From NCBI GenBank assembly GCA_934716995.1, contig CAKUYO010000010.1, positions 1,619 through 65,618 of the forward strand: a DNA stretch of 64,000 nt, given 5' to 3'. The notes under the pieces were generated by a model that made no database searches, was not told where the DNA came from, and saw only the letters and a program-made list of their open reading frames with translations. This stretch comes from an uncultured Bacteroidales bacterium (GTDB taxonomy: Bacteria; Bacteroidota; Bacteroidia; Bacteroidales; Paludibacteraceae). Below, piece after piece: positions 8,931 through 18,370 of this stretch. Made by a program: the position numbers and the translations under genes. Position 1 is the stretch's first letter; the number at the start of each line of letters is the position of its first letter.

Positions 8931-11900
8931 GTGTTAGATCATACTCATTCGCTCAATGTCTGCCGTGCCTCAGCGGGTACGGGCAAGACGTTCACCCTTG
9001 CCGCCTACTACGTAGGGCTGCTGCTCAGCGGGGTCAGTTACCGCAATATCCTTGCCGTAACGTTCACCAACAAAGCCACTGCCGAGATGAAAGAGCGTAT
9101 CCTGACCTACCTGCTGGCGATAGCACAGGGGGACAGCCGTGAGGACGCTTTTTTCGAGAAAGCCAAGTCGTTTATGCTCTCCGACACACGGGCTACGGAC
9201 GAGCAACTGCGGGTGCGTGCGGCAACGTGCTTCCGGCAAATGCTGGCGGACTACGACAATGTATGCGTCAGCACAATCGACTCTTTCCTGCAAACGCTCC
9301 TCTCGGGTATGGCGCAACTCTTAGGCAAGGGGGCAGGCTATTCGGTGGAGTTGGATGTCAAGCGGGCGATTACGACCGCTGTCGATCAGATTCTCACCAC
9401 CGAGATGACCGACCGGTTGGAACCTATTATGGTGGATTATCTGCAAGACCGGCTGGACAATGAGGCACGCTGGGACATACGCGGCAGTATCATCAATATG
9501 GCACAAAAACTCTATGACGAGTCCGTGCAGATGCTCAACAGCGAGGGAAAAATTGACTTCAACCCCGACCATATCCGCCGCTACAAAAAGATGCTGGACA
9601 AGTGGCGCACACGCCCCGAGTTTGCAGAATTGGAGCAAGCCCTTGGCGTGGTGGAAAATTGCAAATATGCTACCCAACAAAGTATCAAGGCACAAATAAA
9701 TAATATAAGAAAGTCTCTGACGGATGTACATCAGTTTACTAAAAAAGAAGAGATATTCAGGGGGATTGCATTAGACACTTGGAAAAAAATAGCAGATACA
9801 GAAAGCGAAAAATACAGAAAACAATGGGGGGCTGTCTATGATGATGTATGCCATTTGCAGCAACTATGCAATGTTTGCCGCCGTACTTATTGGGAGTGCC
9901 GGATCACGGGGCTGTTTCTGATGGATATGCGTATGATGCAAGGACTGTTGGAACGTATCAACGACAACCTTGCCGAAGCCAACCGCACGCTGCTCGCCGA
10001 GACCGCCGCTACGCTCACCCAAGCCCTCAAACCCGGCGATGCGGACTTTATCCTCGAGAAATGCGGCATCCGCTACAAGCATATTATGATCGACGAGTTC
10101 CAAGACACCAGCCGTCTGCAGTGGCAGGTCTTTCTGCCGCTCTTGCAGGATATTCTCGCCGCCGAGGGGAACTCGATACTGATTGTGGGCGACATCAAAC
10201 AGAGTATCTACCGCTGGCGCAACGGCGACTGGCATATTATGGACGCTCTCGGCAAGGCGGATAATGTGCTTACCCCGTGGTATAATCCCGATTTTCCCGC
10301 ACTGCAAAGAAACTTCCGTTCCCGCCGCAACGTGGTGCAGTTCAACCTGCAGACGATGCAGCGTATCCTTGCCGAGAGCGAACCCGACAAGCAGAACGCT
10401 TATATCTACAACGAGGACTATAAGGGCGACAACCTCGTGGACTACTACAATGCGAAGAACGACGGCGGGTATGTGCGTTTCCGCGCCTACCCGAAACACA
10501 AAAGCGGCTCCACCTTGGCGGCGCAAGTGCTGAAGACCCCGCGCGTACAGGCGGATATACTCACAGATGTGTTTGGCACCATAGAATCGCTGTTGCAACA
10601 AGGCGAAAGTGCCGCCGATATGATGATTCTCGTACGCAAAAACAATGAGGCGATGGCGGTGGTGAAGAGTTTCAATGACCTGCGTCAGAACACAGATGCT
10701 TTTCCCGCCTTAGGACACACGCGCTTGGTCTCGGCAGACAGTTTCCACCTCGACCGCTCGGCATCCGTGCTTTTGGCGGTGAATGCATTGCGCTACCTTG
10801 ACAGTGCCGACCCCGTGGCGGCGAAATACATTGAATTGGTTGCCCCCGTACCCGACCCGTTGGCACAATTAGCCGCTATTGACCGGCAGTTGCCGCTCTA
10901 TGAGATGTTGCAGGATATAGTGCGGCTGTTGCTTTGCGACCAAGAGGGAACATTCCTTTTTTCGGACATTGCCTACATCAACTGCCTGCTTGACAACGTA
11001 CGCAACTATGTAGCCGACAGCGGCAGCGACCGGCACGCGTTTCTGCAATACTGGGACGACACCATGCACGACAAGTCGATACCCGCACCCGACACCAATG
11101 CCATCCGTATTATGACGGTACACTCCTCAAAAGGCTTGGAGAGCAAAACGCTCTTCATCCCGTTTTGCACGTGGGAAATGGAAAACAGCCGGAAGACCAA
11201 CCTGCTATGGTGCGAGGCTTGCGTAAAGCCCGAAGACGGCACAGAGCCGCTCAGGTATATCCCCGTAAAAGACAGCAAGCAATTGGCAGAGACTGCTTAT
11301 GCCGCTGCGTACACCGCCGAACACTGCGACCAGCGTATTGACGCACTCAACCTGCTGTATGTCGCCCTCACGCGTGCGGCGGACAACCTGTATATCTATG
11401 CCGATATAAACATCTCGGCAAAGACCGGCACAGATCCGGACTCGGTAGGTACGCTGCTGCTACGCGCTTGCGGTATGGAGCAGGATTTCATTGACGCCGA
11501 TACCGCATACAGCGACACAGAACTGCCCTGTTTTGTAGAATACACACTGGGGGAACAGCCCTATATCCGTTCTACGAAAACCCGCGCAGAGACAGCACCG
11601 TTCAGTTTCTCGGGGGCTGAAGAGAAGGCGGCAACGCTATGCAGCAACAGCCACGCCGTGCGCTTCCGCCAGTCGCAGGAATCGGCACTCTACACCGTAA
11701 TGGGCACACGCTCCGAAGAGATCATCGAGCATATCGACATCGGCAACATCTGCCACGACATACTGGCACATGTAGCGGTGCGGGAAGACCTGCCCCGTGT
11801 AATAGACGACTTTTGCCGGCGGGGTATCATCGGTTCGGAGCAGCAGCGCAACACTATTGCGGCACTCATTGACAAAGCCTGGACACAACCCGAGTTGTGC

Positions 11901-12155
11901 GACTGGTTCTCCGGACGCAGGCAACTCCTGCGCGAGCAGGCGATACTCGTGGACGGCGAAGAACGGCGCCCCGACCGCGTGATGATCAGCGGGCAAGAGG
12001 TAGTGGTACTGGATTACAAGTTCGGCACACAGCCCAAGCCCGAATACCGCACGCAGGTGCGAGGCTATATGGACGCTATGCGCGCCTTGGGTTACACCGA
12101 TGTAAAAGGCTACCTCTGGTACGCCCGCACCGGAAAATTGGAGGAAGTGGAATAA
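8931..12155 (+). CDS. UvrD/Rep-family helicase with C-terminal RecB-type nuclease (AddA/RexA-like)
   Basis: Walker A ASAGTGKTFTL; helicase motifs MIDEFQDTS, VGDIKQSIYRWRNGD, TVHSSKGLE; nuclease motif RPDRVMI...VVVLDYKFG. GTG start as in the ORF track. Confidence 0.88.
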   Translation: MLDHTHSLNVCRASAGTGKTFTLAAYYVGLLLSGVSYRNILAVTFTNKATAEMKERILTYLLAIAQGDSREDAFFEKAKSFMLSDTRATDEQLRVRAATCFRQMLADYDNVCVSTIDSFLQTLLSGMAQLLGKGAGYSVELDVKRAITTAVDQILTTEMTDRLEPIMVDYLQDRLDNEARWDIRGSIINMAQKLYDESVQMLNSEGKIDFNPDHIRRYKKMLDKWRTRPEFAELEQALGVVENCKYATQQSIKAQINNIRKSLTDVHQFTKKEEIFRGIALDTWKKIADTESEKYRKQWGAVYDDVCHLQQLCNVCRRTYWECRITGLFLMDMRMMQGLLERINDNLAEANRTLLAETAATLTQALKPGDADFILEKCGIRYKHIMIDEFQDTSRLQWQVFLPLLQDILAAEGNSILIVGDIKQSIYRWRNGDWHIMDALGKADNVLTPWYNPDFPALQRNFRSRRNVVQFNLQTMQRILAESEPDKQNAYIYNEDYKGDNLVDYYNAKNDGGYVRFRAYPKHKSGSTLAAQVLKTPRVQADILTDVFGTIESLLQQGESAADMMILVRKNNEAMAVVKSFNDLRQNTDAFPALGHTRLVSADSFHLDRSASVLLAVNALRYLDSADPVAAKYIELVAPVPDPLAQLAAIDRQLPLYEMLQDIVRLLLCDQEGTFLFSDIAYINCLLDNVRNYVADSGSDRHAFLQYWDDTMHDKSIPAPDTNAIRIMTVHSSKGLESKTLFIPFCTWEMENSRKTNLLWCEACVKPEDGTEPLRYIPVKDSKQLAETAYAAAYTAEHCDQRIDALNLLYVALTRAADNLYIYADINISAKTGTDPDSVGTLLLRACGMEQDFIDADTAYSDTELPCFVEYTLGEQPYIRSTKTRAETAPFSFSGAEEKAATLCSNSHAVRFRQSQESALYTVMGTRSEEIIEHIDIGNICHDILAHVAVREDLPRVIDDFCRRGIIGSEQQRNTIAALIDKAWTQPELCDWFSGRRQLLREQAILVDGEERRPDRVMISGQEVVVLDYKFGTQPKPEYRTQVRGYMDAMRALGYTDVKGYLWYARTGKLEEVE

Positions 12156-12363
12156 CGTGGACACAACAACGAAAACGTATAACACAAAACCTTCAAAACC
12201 TGTCTTGCACATACGGCACGATTCTGGGTCAACAACAATTAACAACTAACAAAAACCATTTCCCTTATTTCTCTCACGTTATACAAGTGTGTGCGTAAGA
12301 GGTTTGGATTTCCTGCTCACTACGCTCACGAAAAAAAAGAGAAAATAAACGAAATAAGAGAGA

Positions 12364-12403
12364 ATATTTTTCTATTTTTCTTGTCGCTTGCGGCATAAGA
12401 GAC
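12364..12403 (-). repeat. gccgcaagcgRcaagaaaaatRgaa element
   Basis: The reverse complement reads gtctcttatgccgcaagcgacaagaaaaatagaaaaatat. Near-identical copies lie at 32151-32193 (+) and 39615-39655 (rc). Confidence 0.75.
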
Positions 12404-12416
12404 ATATATACACACA

Positions 12417-15257
12417 ATGAAAGGATTCTTACAACATACCGCCGCTTCGCTGGTTGCACGCTTCGGCTGGGACCAACTGCAATCGCTCACCCTCGTTTTC
12501 CCGACGCACCGCGCGGGATTGGTATTGAAAAACGAACTGAAAGACCTGCAAAAGAGGGAACATCACGCCCCCGTTTTTCTGCCGGAGATAACCACACTGA
12601 GCGAGTTGTTTGACACCCTCTCGCCGCTCTATCAGGAGGACGAACTATTGCTGGTCTTCCGTCTCTACCGCCTGTACAAAGAGGTAACGCACGAGTCGCT
12701 CACCCCCGACCTGTTCTACGGCTGGGGGCGGCAACTGCTCGCCGACTTCAACAACATAGACAAGAGTATCGGCAGCCCGGAGGAGGTGCAGCGTTTCTTC
12801 GCCAATGCCGTTGAGGCAAAGCAACTGGAGGAACTGGATATTGATGACGAGGTGCGCAGCCGGCTGGAAGACCTTTGGCAGCACGGCGAACGCCCGTACG
12901 ATGAAGACTCGATACGACGCAAATTCACTCTCCTGTGGCAGAATATGCCGGAGATATACACCCGCCTCAATGCGGAATTGGACGCAGAGCAGAAAGGCTA
13001 TGAGGGTATGCGTATGCGCCGTGTGATCACCGATGCCGGCACATGGCTTCCGCGCTATGCCGGCAAGACCTTTGTATTCATCGGTTTCAACTATCTGATG
13101 CCTGTGGAGAAAGACCTGATGACCCTGCTCCACGACCGCGGGCAAGCCCTGTTCTACTGGGATTATGCGGACAACTTCGACGCCAACGAAAAAGCCTATT
13201 CGTTCATCCGCCGACATATAACCGACCTCGGCAACGAGGCGGAGGTTACACATCGGCAGCCGCGGCAGGTGTCCGTCATCTCCGCCACCACCGTCAATGC
13301 GCAGGCGCAATATGCGGGACAATGGCTGCGGGAGCACTACACCGCACACGGGCAGAGCACGGCTGTTGTCATCTGCGACGAACAGATGCTCGAGCCGGTC
13401 ATCTACGCCCTGCCGCCCGTTACCCTTGCGGGAGACACACAGCCCGCACCCGTGAATATCACCAAGGGCTTCCCGCTTTCCAGCACGCAGATCTATGCCG
13501 AGGTAATGGCGTATCTCTCCGACCGCCACCACGACCTGCAACCGGGCGAGACCTATCCGCAACTGCTGGACCGCCTGTTGGAGGAGGTGGTAACACCTGC
13601 CGAGAAAGCCGCACGCGACTCCGCCCGGGAAGACCCCGAGCGGGAAAACACGTGGCAATGGTTGCTCATCCAGGAATCGCTCTACCAAACACGCTGTATC
13701 ATCAACCGTTTCCGCCAACTCCTGCAAACACCCGTTTTGCAAACGGAAATACAGAGCCTTCCGCTCTTGCGCAGCCTGCTGCGCCGCCTCTTGAGCGGCG
13801 TCTCGCTGCCGTTCAACGGCGAACCGATCACGGACATACAGGTGATGGGCGTACTGGAGACGCGTATGCTGGATTTTGACAACCTGCTGCTGCTCAACGT
13901 GGAAGAAGGCGTTGTGCCGCGGCAAGAGACCGACCTGTCGTTTATTCCCTACTATCTGCGCAAGGCGTATAGCATGCAGACGCGCGAAGAGAGTGCGTCG
14001 GTCTATGCATACAATTTCTTCCGTCTGCTCAGCCGTGCGGGCAACACCACGCTCCTGTTCAGCGACGCAGATACGGCTCTGGGGCGCAAGACGATGTCGC
14101 GGTTTATTATGCAGATGCTGGTAAGTCCGCAGTTCCAAATCACCAAATACACCCTCGCCGAGAACAACCAACTCACCCTCACACCGCTCATCAATTTGGA
14201 GCATAACGAGACAAGTCTCTATTCGCTGTTGGAAAAAGGCGAAGACAACCAATTATACTATAAAACAGACTTGATACCGGTTCCCCCCTCTTTGAGAGGG
14301 AAACCGGGAGTAATTTCCCCTTCCTCTCTCTCCACGTATATCGATTGCCCGCGCCGGTTCTATCTGCAGTATATTCTCGGAGTGCGTGCCGACGAACCCG
14401 AGACGCTGATTTTTGCCGCCAACACACTCGGCTCATTCGTGCACAGCGGAATGGAGTATGTCTATAAGGTGCTGTGCGGTTGTACGGACAACCGTCCGCA
14501 TACCATCAATCCGCAGACGCTACAACGTATATCGGATGATACCTCCCTAATGGAACAGGTGTTGGACGCCGCCTATACAGTGCAGAACGAGGAATACAAC
14601 CGGCACCGCCCTGCAAGCGGAAAGACAGCACCGCACTATATCAAAGAAGAGCACCGTATGGAGAATACGGTTATCCGCGGGTATATCCGCCGTGTATTGG
14701 AGCGCGATATACAAGACGCCACCGCCCCCGGATTGCAGATCTGTCTTTTAGAGCAGAAACGCACGTTCCCCATCGATTTGGGCAACGACCTCGGCATTAT
14801 CCGGGTAGGAGGGAAAATCGACCGTCTTGACATCGTGGGCAGTACGATGCGTGTGGTGGACTACAAGACCGGTGCATACAACAAAAAGAAACTCTCGGCG
14901 GACAGCATTGACCAACTCTTTACCGACAAGGACGCCCACTATATACTCCAGACGCTTCTATACAGCGAAGCCGTTGCCTGCACCGACCACAAGGGCTGCC
15001 CGCTGCCTTTGCAGCCAAACCTCTATTATCCGCAGCGCAAACTGACCGGTCCGAACCTGCAGACAACCGTCGCTGTTGACAAACAGGAGATACACAACTA
15101 CACCGAGGTACGCGACCGTTTCCTGCCTGCCCTGACCGACAAACTCCGCGAGGTGGTGACCACCACCTCTTTTCCGCAGGCTGAAGAAAAAAACTGCTTC
15201 CCACTCTGCCCATTCCTACAGATATGCGACCGCTCCCCGCAGACATTCAATATGTAG
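12417..15257 (+). CDS. PD-(D/E)xK nuclease subunit, AddB/RexB-like
   Basis: C-terminal RecB-type motif GKIDRLDIVGSTMRVVDYKTG plus a Cys cluster (YIDCPRRF ... NCFPLCPFLQIC), as in Fe-S AddB subunits. Lies directly downstream of the AddA-like gene. Confidence 0.8.
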   Translation: MKGFLQHTAASLVARFGWDQLQSLTLVFPTHRAGLVLKNELKDLQKREHHAPVFLPEITTLSELFDTLSPLYQEDELLLVFRLYRLYKEVTHESLTPDLFYGWGRQLLADFNNIDKSIGSPEEVQRFFANAVEAKQLEELDIDDEVRSRLEDLWQHGERPYDEDSIRRKFTLLWQNMPEIYTRLNAELDAEQKGYEGMRMRRVITDAGTWLPRYAGKTFVFIGFNYLMPVEKDLMTLLHDRGQALFYWDYADNFDANEKAYSFIRRHITDLGNEAEVTHRQPRQVSVISATTVNAQAQYAGQWLREHYTAHGQSTAVVICDEQMLEPVIYALPPVTLAGDTQPAPVNITKGFPLSSTQIYAEVMAYLSDRHHDLQPGETYPQLLDRLLEEVVTPAEKAARDSAREDPERENTWQWLLIQESLYQTRCIINRFRQLLQTPVLQTEIQSLPLLRSLLRRLLSGVSLPFNGEPITDIQVMGVLETRMLDFDNLLLLNVEEGVVPRQETDLSFIPYYLRKAYSMQTREESASVYAYNFFRLLSRAGNTTLLFSDADTALGRKTMSRFIMQMLVSPQFQITKYTLAENNQLTLTPLINLEHNETSLYSLLEKGEDNQLYYKTDLIPVPPSLRGKPGVISPSSLSTYIDCPRRFYLQYILGVRADEPETLIFAANTLGSFVHSGMEYVYKVLCGCTDNRPHTINPQTLQRISDDTSLMEQVLDAAYTVQNEEYNRHRPASGKTAPHYIKEEHRMENTVIRGYIRRVLERDIQDATAPGLQICLLEQKRTFPIDLGNDLGIIRVGGKIDRLDIVGSTMRVVDYKTGAYNKKKLSADSIDQLFTDKDAHYILQTLLYSEAVACTDHKGCPLPLQPNLYYPQRKLTGPNLQTTVAVDKQEIHNYTEVRDRFLPALTDKLREVVTTTSFPQAEEKNCFPLCPFLQICDRSPQTFNM

Positions 15258-15260
15258 AAT

Positions 15261-15300
15261 CCGCATAGGATGCGCATAGGATAGGCTTAGGATAGATAAG
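15261..15300 (+). repeat. gcataggat-word array
   Basis: ccgcataggatgcgcataggataggcttaggatagataag. Shares the 15-mer gatgcgcataggata with 52683-52712. Confidence 0.8.
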
Positions 15301-15369
15301 AAAATTGAGTTTCTCTTTTATTTCTCTTATTTCTCTTGCACCGCATAAGCGTGTGCAAAGGACACCTTT

Positions 15370-16869
15370 CTATGCCGAGTGCATACGCTTGAACAGTATC
15401 GAGTGCATGGTCATAAAGAAATAGCGTACATCGGTCAGGAACGGGTGCTTGAAATAGGCGTCTAAGTATTTGTTCTCGCTTGCGAACAGTTCGTCAAACG
15501 TCTTCGGGTGGTCGATATAGAAAGGCGGTATCAGCCCCGGTTTGCAACGGGTACGTTTCTCCTGCAGGTCAGCAGGATAGGTGTCGAACATAGTCTGCGA
15601 GATAGGGCGCACGCCCACTAATTTGACATCGCCTTTGAGCCAGTTGATGAGCATAGGCAGTTCGTCCAACCAGTACTTGCGCATAAACCTCCCCCACGTG
15701 GTGATACGCCAGTCGTCGTTGCTCTTGTCGGCTATGTCCATTCCTCCCCGCTTGTCGAACACGTACTTCTGAATATACTCCGCATAGGGGTGCATGGTGC
15801 GGAACTTGTAGATGTACACATACTTTTTGTCTTTCCCCACGCGGCGCAGTTTGATCAACGGACCATAGACTTTGATCTGCTCCTGCGGGTAAGGCTGCGA
15901 GTGGCGGTGTGCAAAGATATACTCTATATGCCCCATAGGCACCACCTCGTCCACCTCGAAGCCGCAGTAGTACAGCCGTCCGAACACCTCCGTCTTGCTG
16001 AGCATACGTTTGCGCCCTTTGGTCAGGTCGTAGTAGAGACGCGACATCAGAAGCAGACGCGGGATGACGCGCTTCCAAAAGAAATACGCCGAATAGACTA
16101 TCCAGCGGATACCCGCCGGGTAACGGTTGAGTATCTTCTGTTTGATATACTCCTGCGGGCGGTAGCAGCACACATACCGCCCCTCGTCGGGCAGTTTCTG
16201 GTTGACGATACAGAAACGGCGGTTGATACCCTTGGCGTCGTTGAGCAAGGTCAAGTCCACCAATGTATTGTATTCATAATCAGGTATCTGCAGGAAACTG
16301 AAACGATCCCTGTTGGCAACCACTTTGGTCTGCCGGTTGTCCAAGCGGGCTTTCTCCAACAGCATTTGATAATCCTCTTCCGTTGTGAGCGAAAGAACCG
16401 ACTGGTGAATGGACTCTATGCTAGCCTCGCTGCGGTGCTCGTCGGGGCGTACTACGGTGGCGTGCTCGCGTTGCTCGATCTGCATAGCGGGCACCGTCAT
16501 GTTCTGTGCATATTTCCAGTAATGCTCCGCCAGTATGACGAAGAAATCGATAATGGTAACGATGCCCACCATCCACATCGCCACCGTGGTCGAAAAACGG
16601 TGGTCCAACTCCGGCAAAGCGTAGCGGCAAAGCAGCATCATCGCCGTGGCAGTGAGTGCCAAGGAGAGCAGCGACTGCCAGTACCACGCTTTCTTGTAGG
16701 AACGATAGAGTTGGAAAACCACGCCTATGGCAATCCATACAAGCAGCATCACGGCAAACAAACCGAGATAACTCCATATCTCCGCCTTGTCTGCCGCCAA
16801 CCGCCAAATCAAACAAATTACAATAGAAACAATCCAGATAACAATGTCAATGCCTATTTGCTTCCGCAT
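15370..16869 (-). CDS. polyprenyl-phosphate glycosyl-1-phosphate transferase (bacterial sugar transferase, WbaP-like)
   Basis: N-terminal TM helices and a C-terminal sugar-transferase domain (KFRTMHPYAEY, DELPMLINWLKGDVKLVGVRP). Confidence 0.85.
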   Translation of the reverse strand: MRKQIGIDIVIWIVSIVICLIWRLAADKAEIWSYLGLFAVMLLVWIAIGVVFQLYRSYKKAWYWQSLLSLALTATAMMLLCRYALPELDHRFSTTVAMWMVGIVTIIDFFVILAEHYWKYAQNMTVPAMQIEQREHATVVRPDEHRSEASIESIHQSVLSLTTEEDYQMLLEKARLDNRQTKVVANRDRFSFLQIPDYEYNTLVDLTLLNDAKGINRRFCIVNQKLPDEGRYVCCYRPQEYIKQKILNRYPAGIRWIVYSAYFFWKRVIPRLLLMSRLYYDLTKGRKRMLSKTEVFGRLYYCGFEVDEVVPMGHIEYIFAHRHSQPYPQEQIKVYGPLIKLRRVGKDKKYVYIYKFRTMHPYAEYIQKYVFDKRGGMDIADKSNDDWRITTWGRFMRKYWLDELPMLINWLKGDVKLVGVRPISQTMFDTYPADLQEKRTRCKPGLIPPFYIDHPKTFDELFASENKYLDAYFKHPFLTDVRYFFMTMHSILFKRMHSA

Positions 16870-17642
16870 ACAATCAAAATTCGCTTAACTATATTCTTTA
16901 TATTCTGTACTATCAGTTCTTTCGCCCACTGCCCTTTGCCTGCCGCCCACCGCTGGGGATGGGTGGTCATCATCAGTTTTGGAGGCAAGGTGCCGTCTGC
17001 CAATGCCCGTATAATATCGTCCGTTGTATGATACGTCAGTCCCTGCCGCACCCACTCGTCCTGCCAGACGGGTATCTTGTCCCGCACCGAAACCTTGTAT
17101 CCGTCCCAGCACCGCCCCGTATCCGTGAGATAGAATACCTGAGAAAAATCCACGTCAAAATAGGGTTCGCCCACTATTCCCGACCGGTGATAGTCGTATT
17201 TCTTCCACAGGTCGCGCCCGTCATAGCGGCTGGCGGGGGCTCCGTGCATACAGACGGTGCGGACGGGATAGTATGTACGGAAATACTGCAGGCTCTTTTC
17301 AAAGTGCAGAAACGCCTTGTCCATGTCGCCGTGTGCCAAAGCCATATCCTCATAGTGATAGCCTATCTCGTGTCCCAAGGCGGCAATACGGCGGATGGCG
17401 TCTGGCTGGTTACTATCGGGAACAATGCGGAAATAGTAACTTGCCCGCGCATGTATTCCGTTCTCTAACTCCGCTGTGGCAATGCTGTTCTGCGGTCGCT
17501 TATCCACATCGTGCCGCAAGATCACATAGCGTCCGGGCAAATGATCCGCCGTGCAATAGTCCCCAAAGGTCAGAAAGGCATAACCTTCCGCTTGAAAAGC
17601 GAGCAGCAACTCATTGTATTTGACTAATGTAAAATCTTTCAT
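16854..17642 (-). CDS. polysaccharide deacetylase family protein
   Basis: VILRHDVDKRP, ARASYYFR and GHEIGYHYE are NodB-like motifs. Overlaps the downstream transferase by 16 nt. Confidence 0.8.
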   Translation of the reverse strand: MKDFTLVKYNELLLAFQAEGYAFLTFGDYCTADHLPGRYVILRHDVDKRPQNSIATAELENGIHARASYYFRIVPDSNQPDAIRRIAALGHEIGYHYEDMALAHGDMDKAFLHFEKSLQYFRTYYPVRTVCMHGAPASRYDGRDLWKKYDYHRSGIVGEPYFDVDFSQVFYLTDTGRCWDGYKVSVRDKIPVWQDEWVRQGLTYHTTDDIIRALADGTLPPKLMMTTHPQRWAAGKGQWAKELIVQNIKNIVKRILIVCGSK

Positions 17643-17747
17643 CTAATCTCTAACTTCTAACAGCGTAGGCGGTCTAATCTCCAACAGCGTAGCGGTCTAA
17701 CTTCTAACAGCCGTAGGCGGTCTAATCTCCAACAGCGTAGCGGTCTA
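17643..17747. repeat. 47/48-bp tandem repeat x2.2 filling an entire intergenic space
   Basis: The unit tctaacttctaacagc(c)gtaggcggtctaatctccaacagcgtagcgg is repeated from the ProX-like stop to the deacetylase start. Confidence 0.9.
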
Positions 17748-18269
17748 TCAATACAATTCCAGCCACTCCACCCGATTTCCGACCGTTTCGAGGTACTTGC
17801 GGAACTCCGTCTGACTGATCACCACCGTGCCGCGGCAGTCGTTGGGGTGGAAACTGAGCGAAGCGGCGTTTTGCAGGTTCCGGTCGAGAAACAGAATCAC
17901 ATGATGCTCCGTATCGTTGATCAGCCCGAGGGGACTGACGCTGCCGGGTTCCAACCCGAGATAACGCATCATCCGCTCGGGGCTCGCAAACGAGAGTTTG
18001 CCGGGTGCGGGCTGCCCGGCGGCTTGCAGCGAGACTTTGAGCCGCTGCTCCAGGTCGTGGATAGCGAGGTTGTGGTCGCAATCGAAGCATATCAGATAGT
18101 GCTGATTGCCCTTGTGGTTGCGCATAAAAATGTTCTTGCAATGCACGCTCCCGTCGTTGTGCCACCAGCGTTTCGCCTCTTCGATGGTCTTGCCCTCGGG
18201 GTGGTTGTAACACGTATAACCGATGTGATGCTCCTGCAGATACCGCTCTACCTGTTCCTGCCGCTCCAT
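17748..18269 (-). CDS. YbaK/ProX-type aminoacyl-tRNA editing domain protein
   Basis: HCKNIFMRNHKGNQHYLI and GLEPGSVSPLGLIND. Confidence 0.8.
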   Translation of the reverse strand: MERQEQVERYLQEHHIGYTCYNHPEGKTIEEAKRWWHNDGSVHCKNIFMRNHKGNQHYLICFDCDHNLAIHDLEQRLKVSLQAAGQPAPGKLSFASPERMMRYLGLEPGSVSPLGLINDTEHHVILFLDRNLQNAASLSFHPNDCRGTVVISQTEFRKYLETVGNRVEWLELY

Positions 18270-18341
18270 ATTTTTCTGTTTATGGGTTTATTAGTTTATG
18301 CGTTTATGCGACGTTGAAATGGTTAATATGGTTGATGCGTT

Positions 18342-18370
18342 CATTACGCATTGTGCATTGTGCATTGTAT
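18342..18370 (+). repeat. gcattgt-word array
   Basis: cattacgcattgtgcattgtgcattgtat. The family recurs at 39581-39617 (rc) and 52645-52670. Confidence 0.85.

Noticed and set aside
12645-14252. Very long antisense ORFs. Examples are 12645-14252 (535 aa), 15790-17031, 18298-19689, 29946-31523, 44661-46199, 55282-56733, 56600-58021, 60184-61566, 2994-3938 and 4122-5204.
   Set aside because: Each lies opposite a gene with clear family motifs. Their translations are low-complexity and rich in R, A, G, V and H with no recognisable motifs. Such ORFs are expected by chance on the antisense strand of GC-rich genes.
14255-14335. A possible in-frame repeat insertion in addB: an AT-rich stretch followed by ccccctctttgagaggg, encoding ...YYKTDLIPVPPSLRGKPGVIS...
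   Set aside because: The sequence does not match any word family seen elsewhere in the window. I cannot show an indel without an orthologue alignment.
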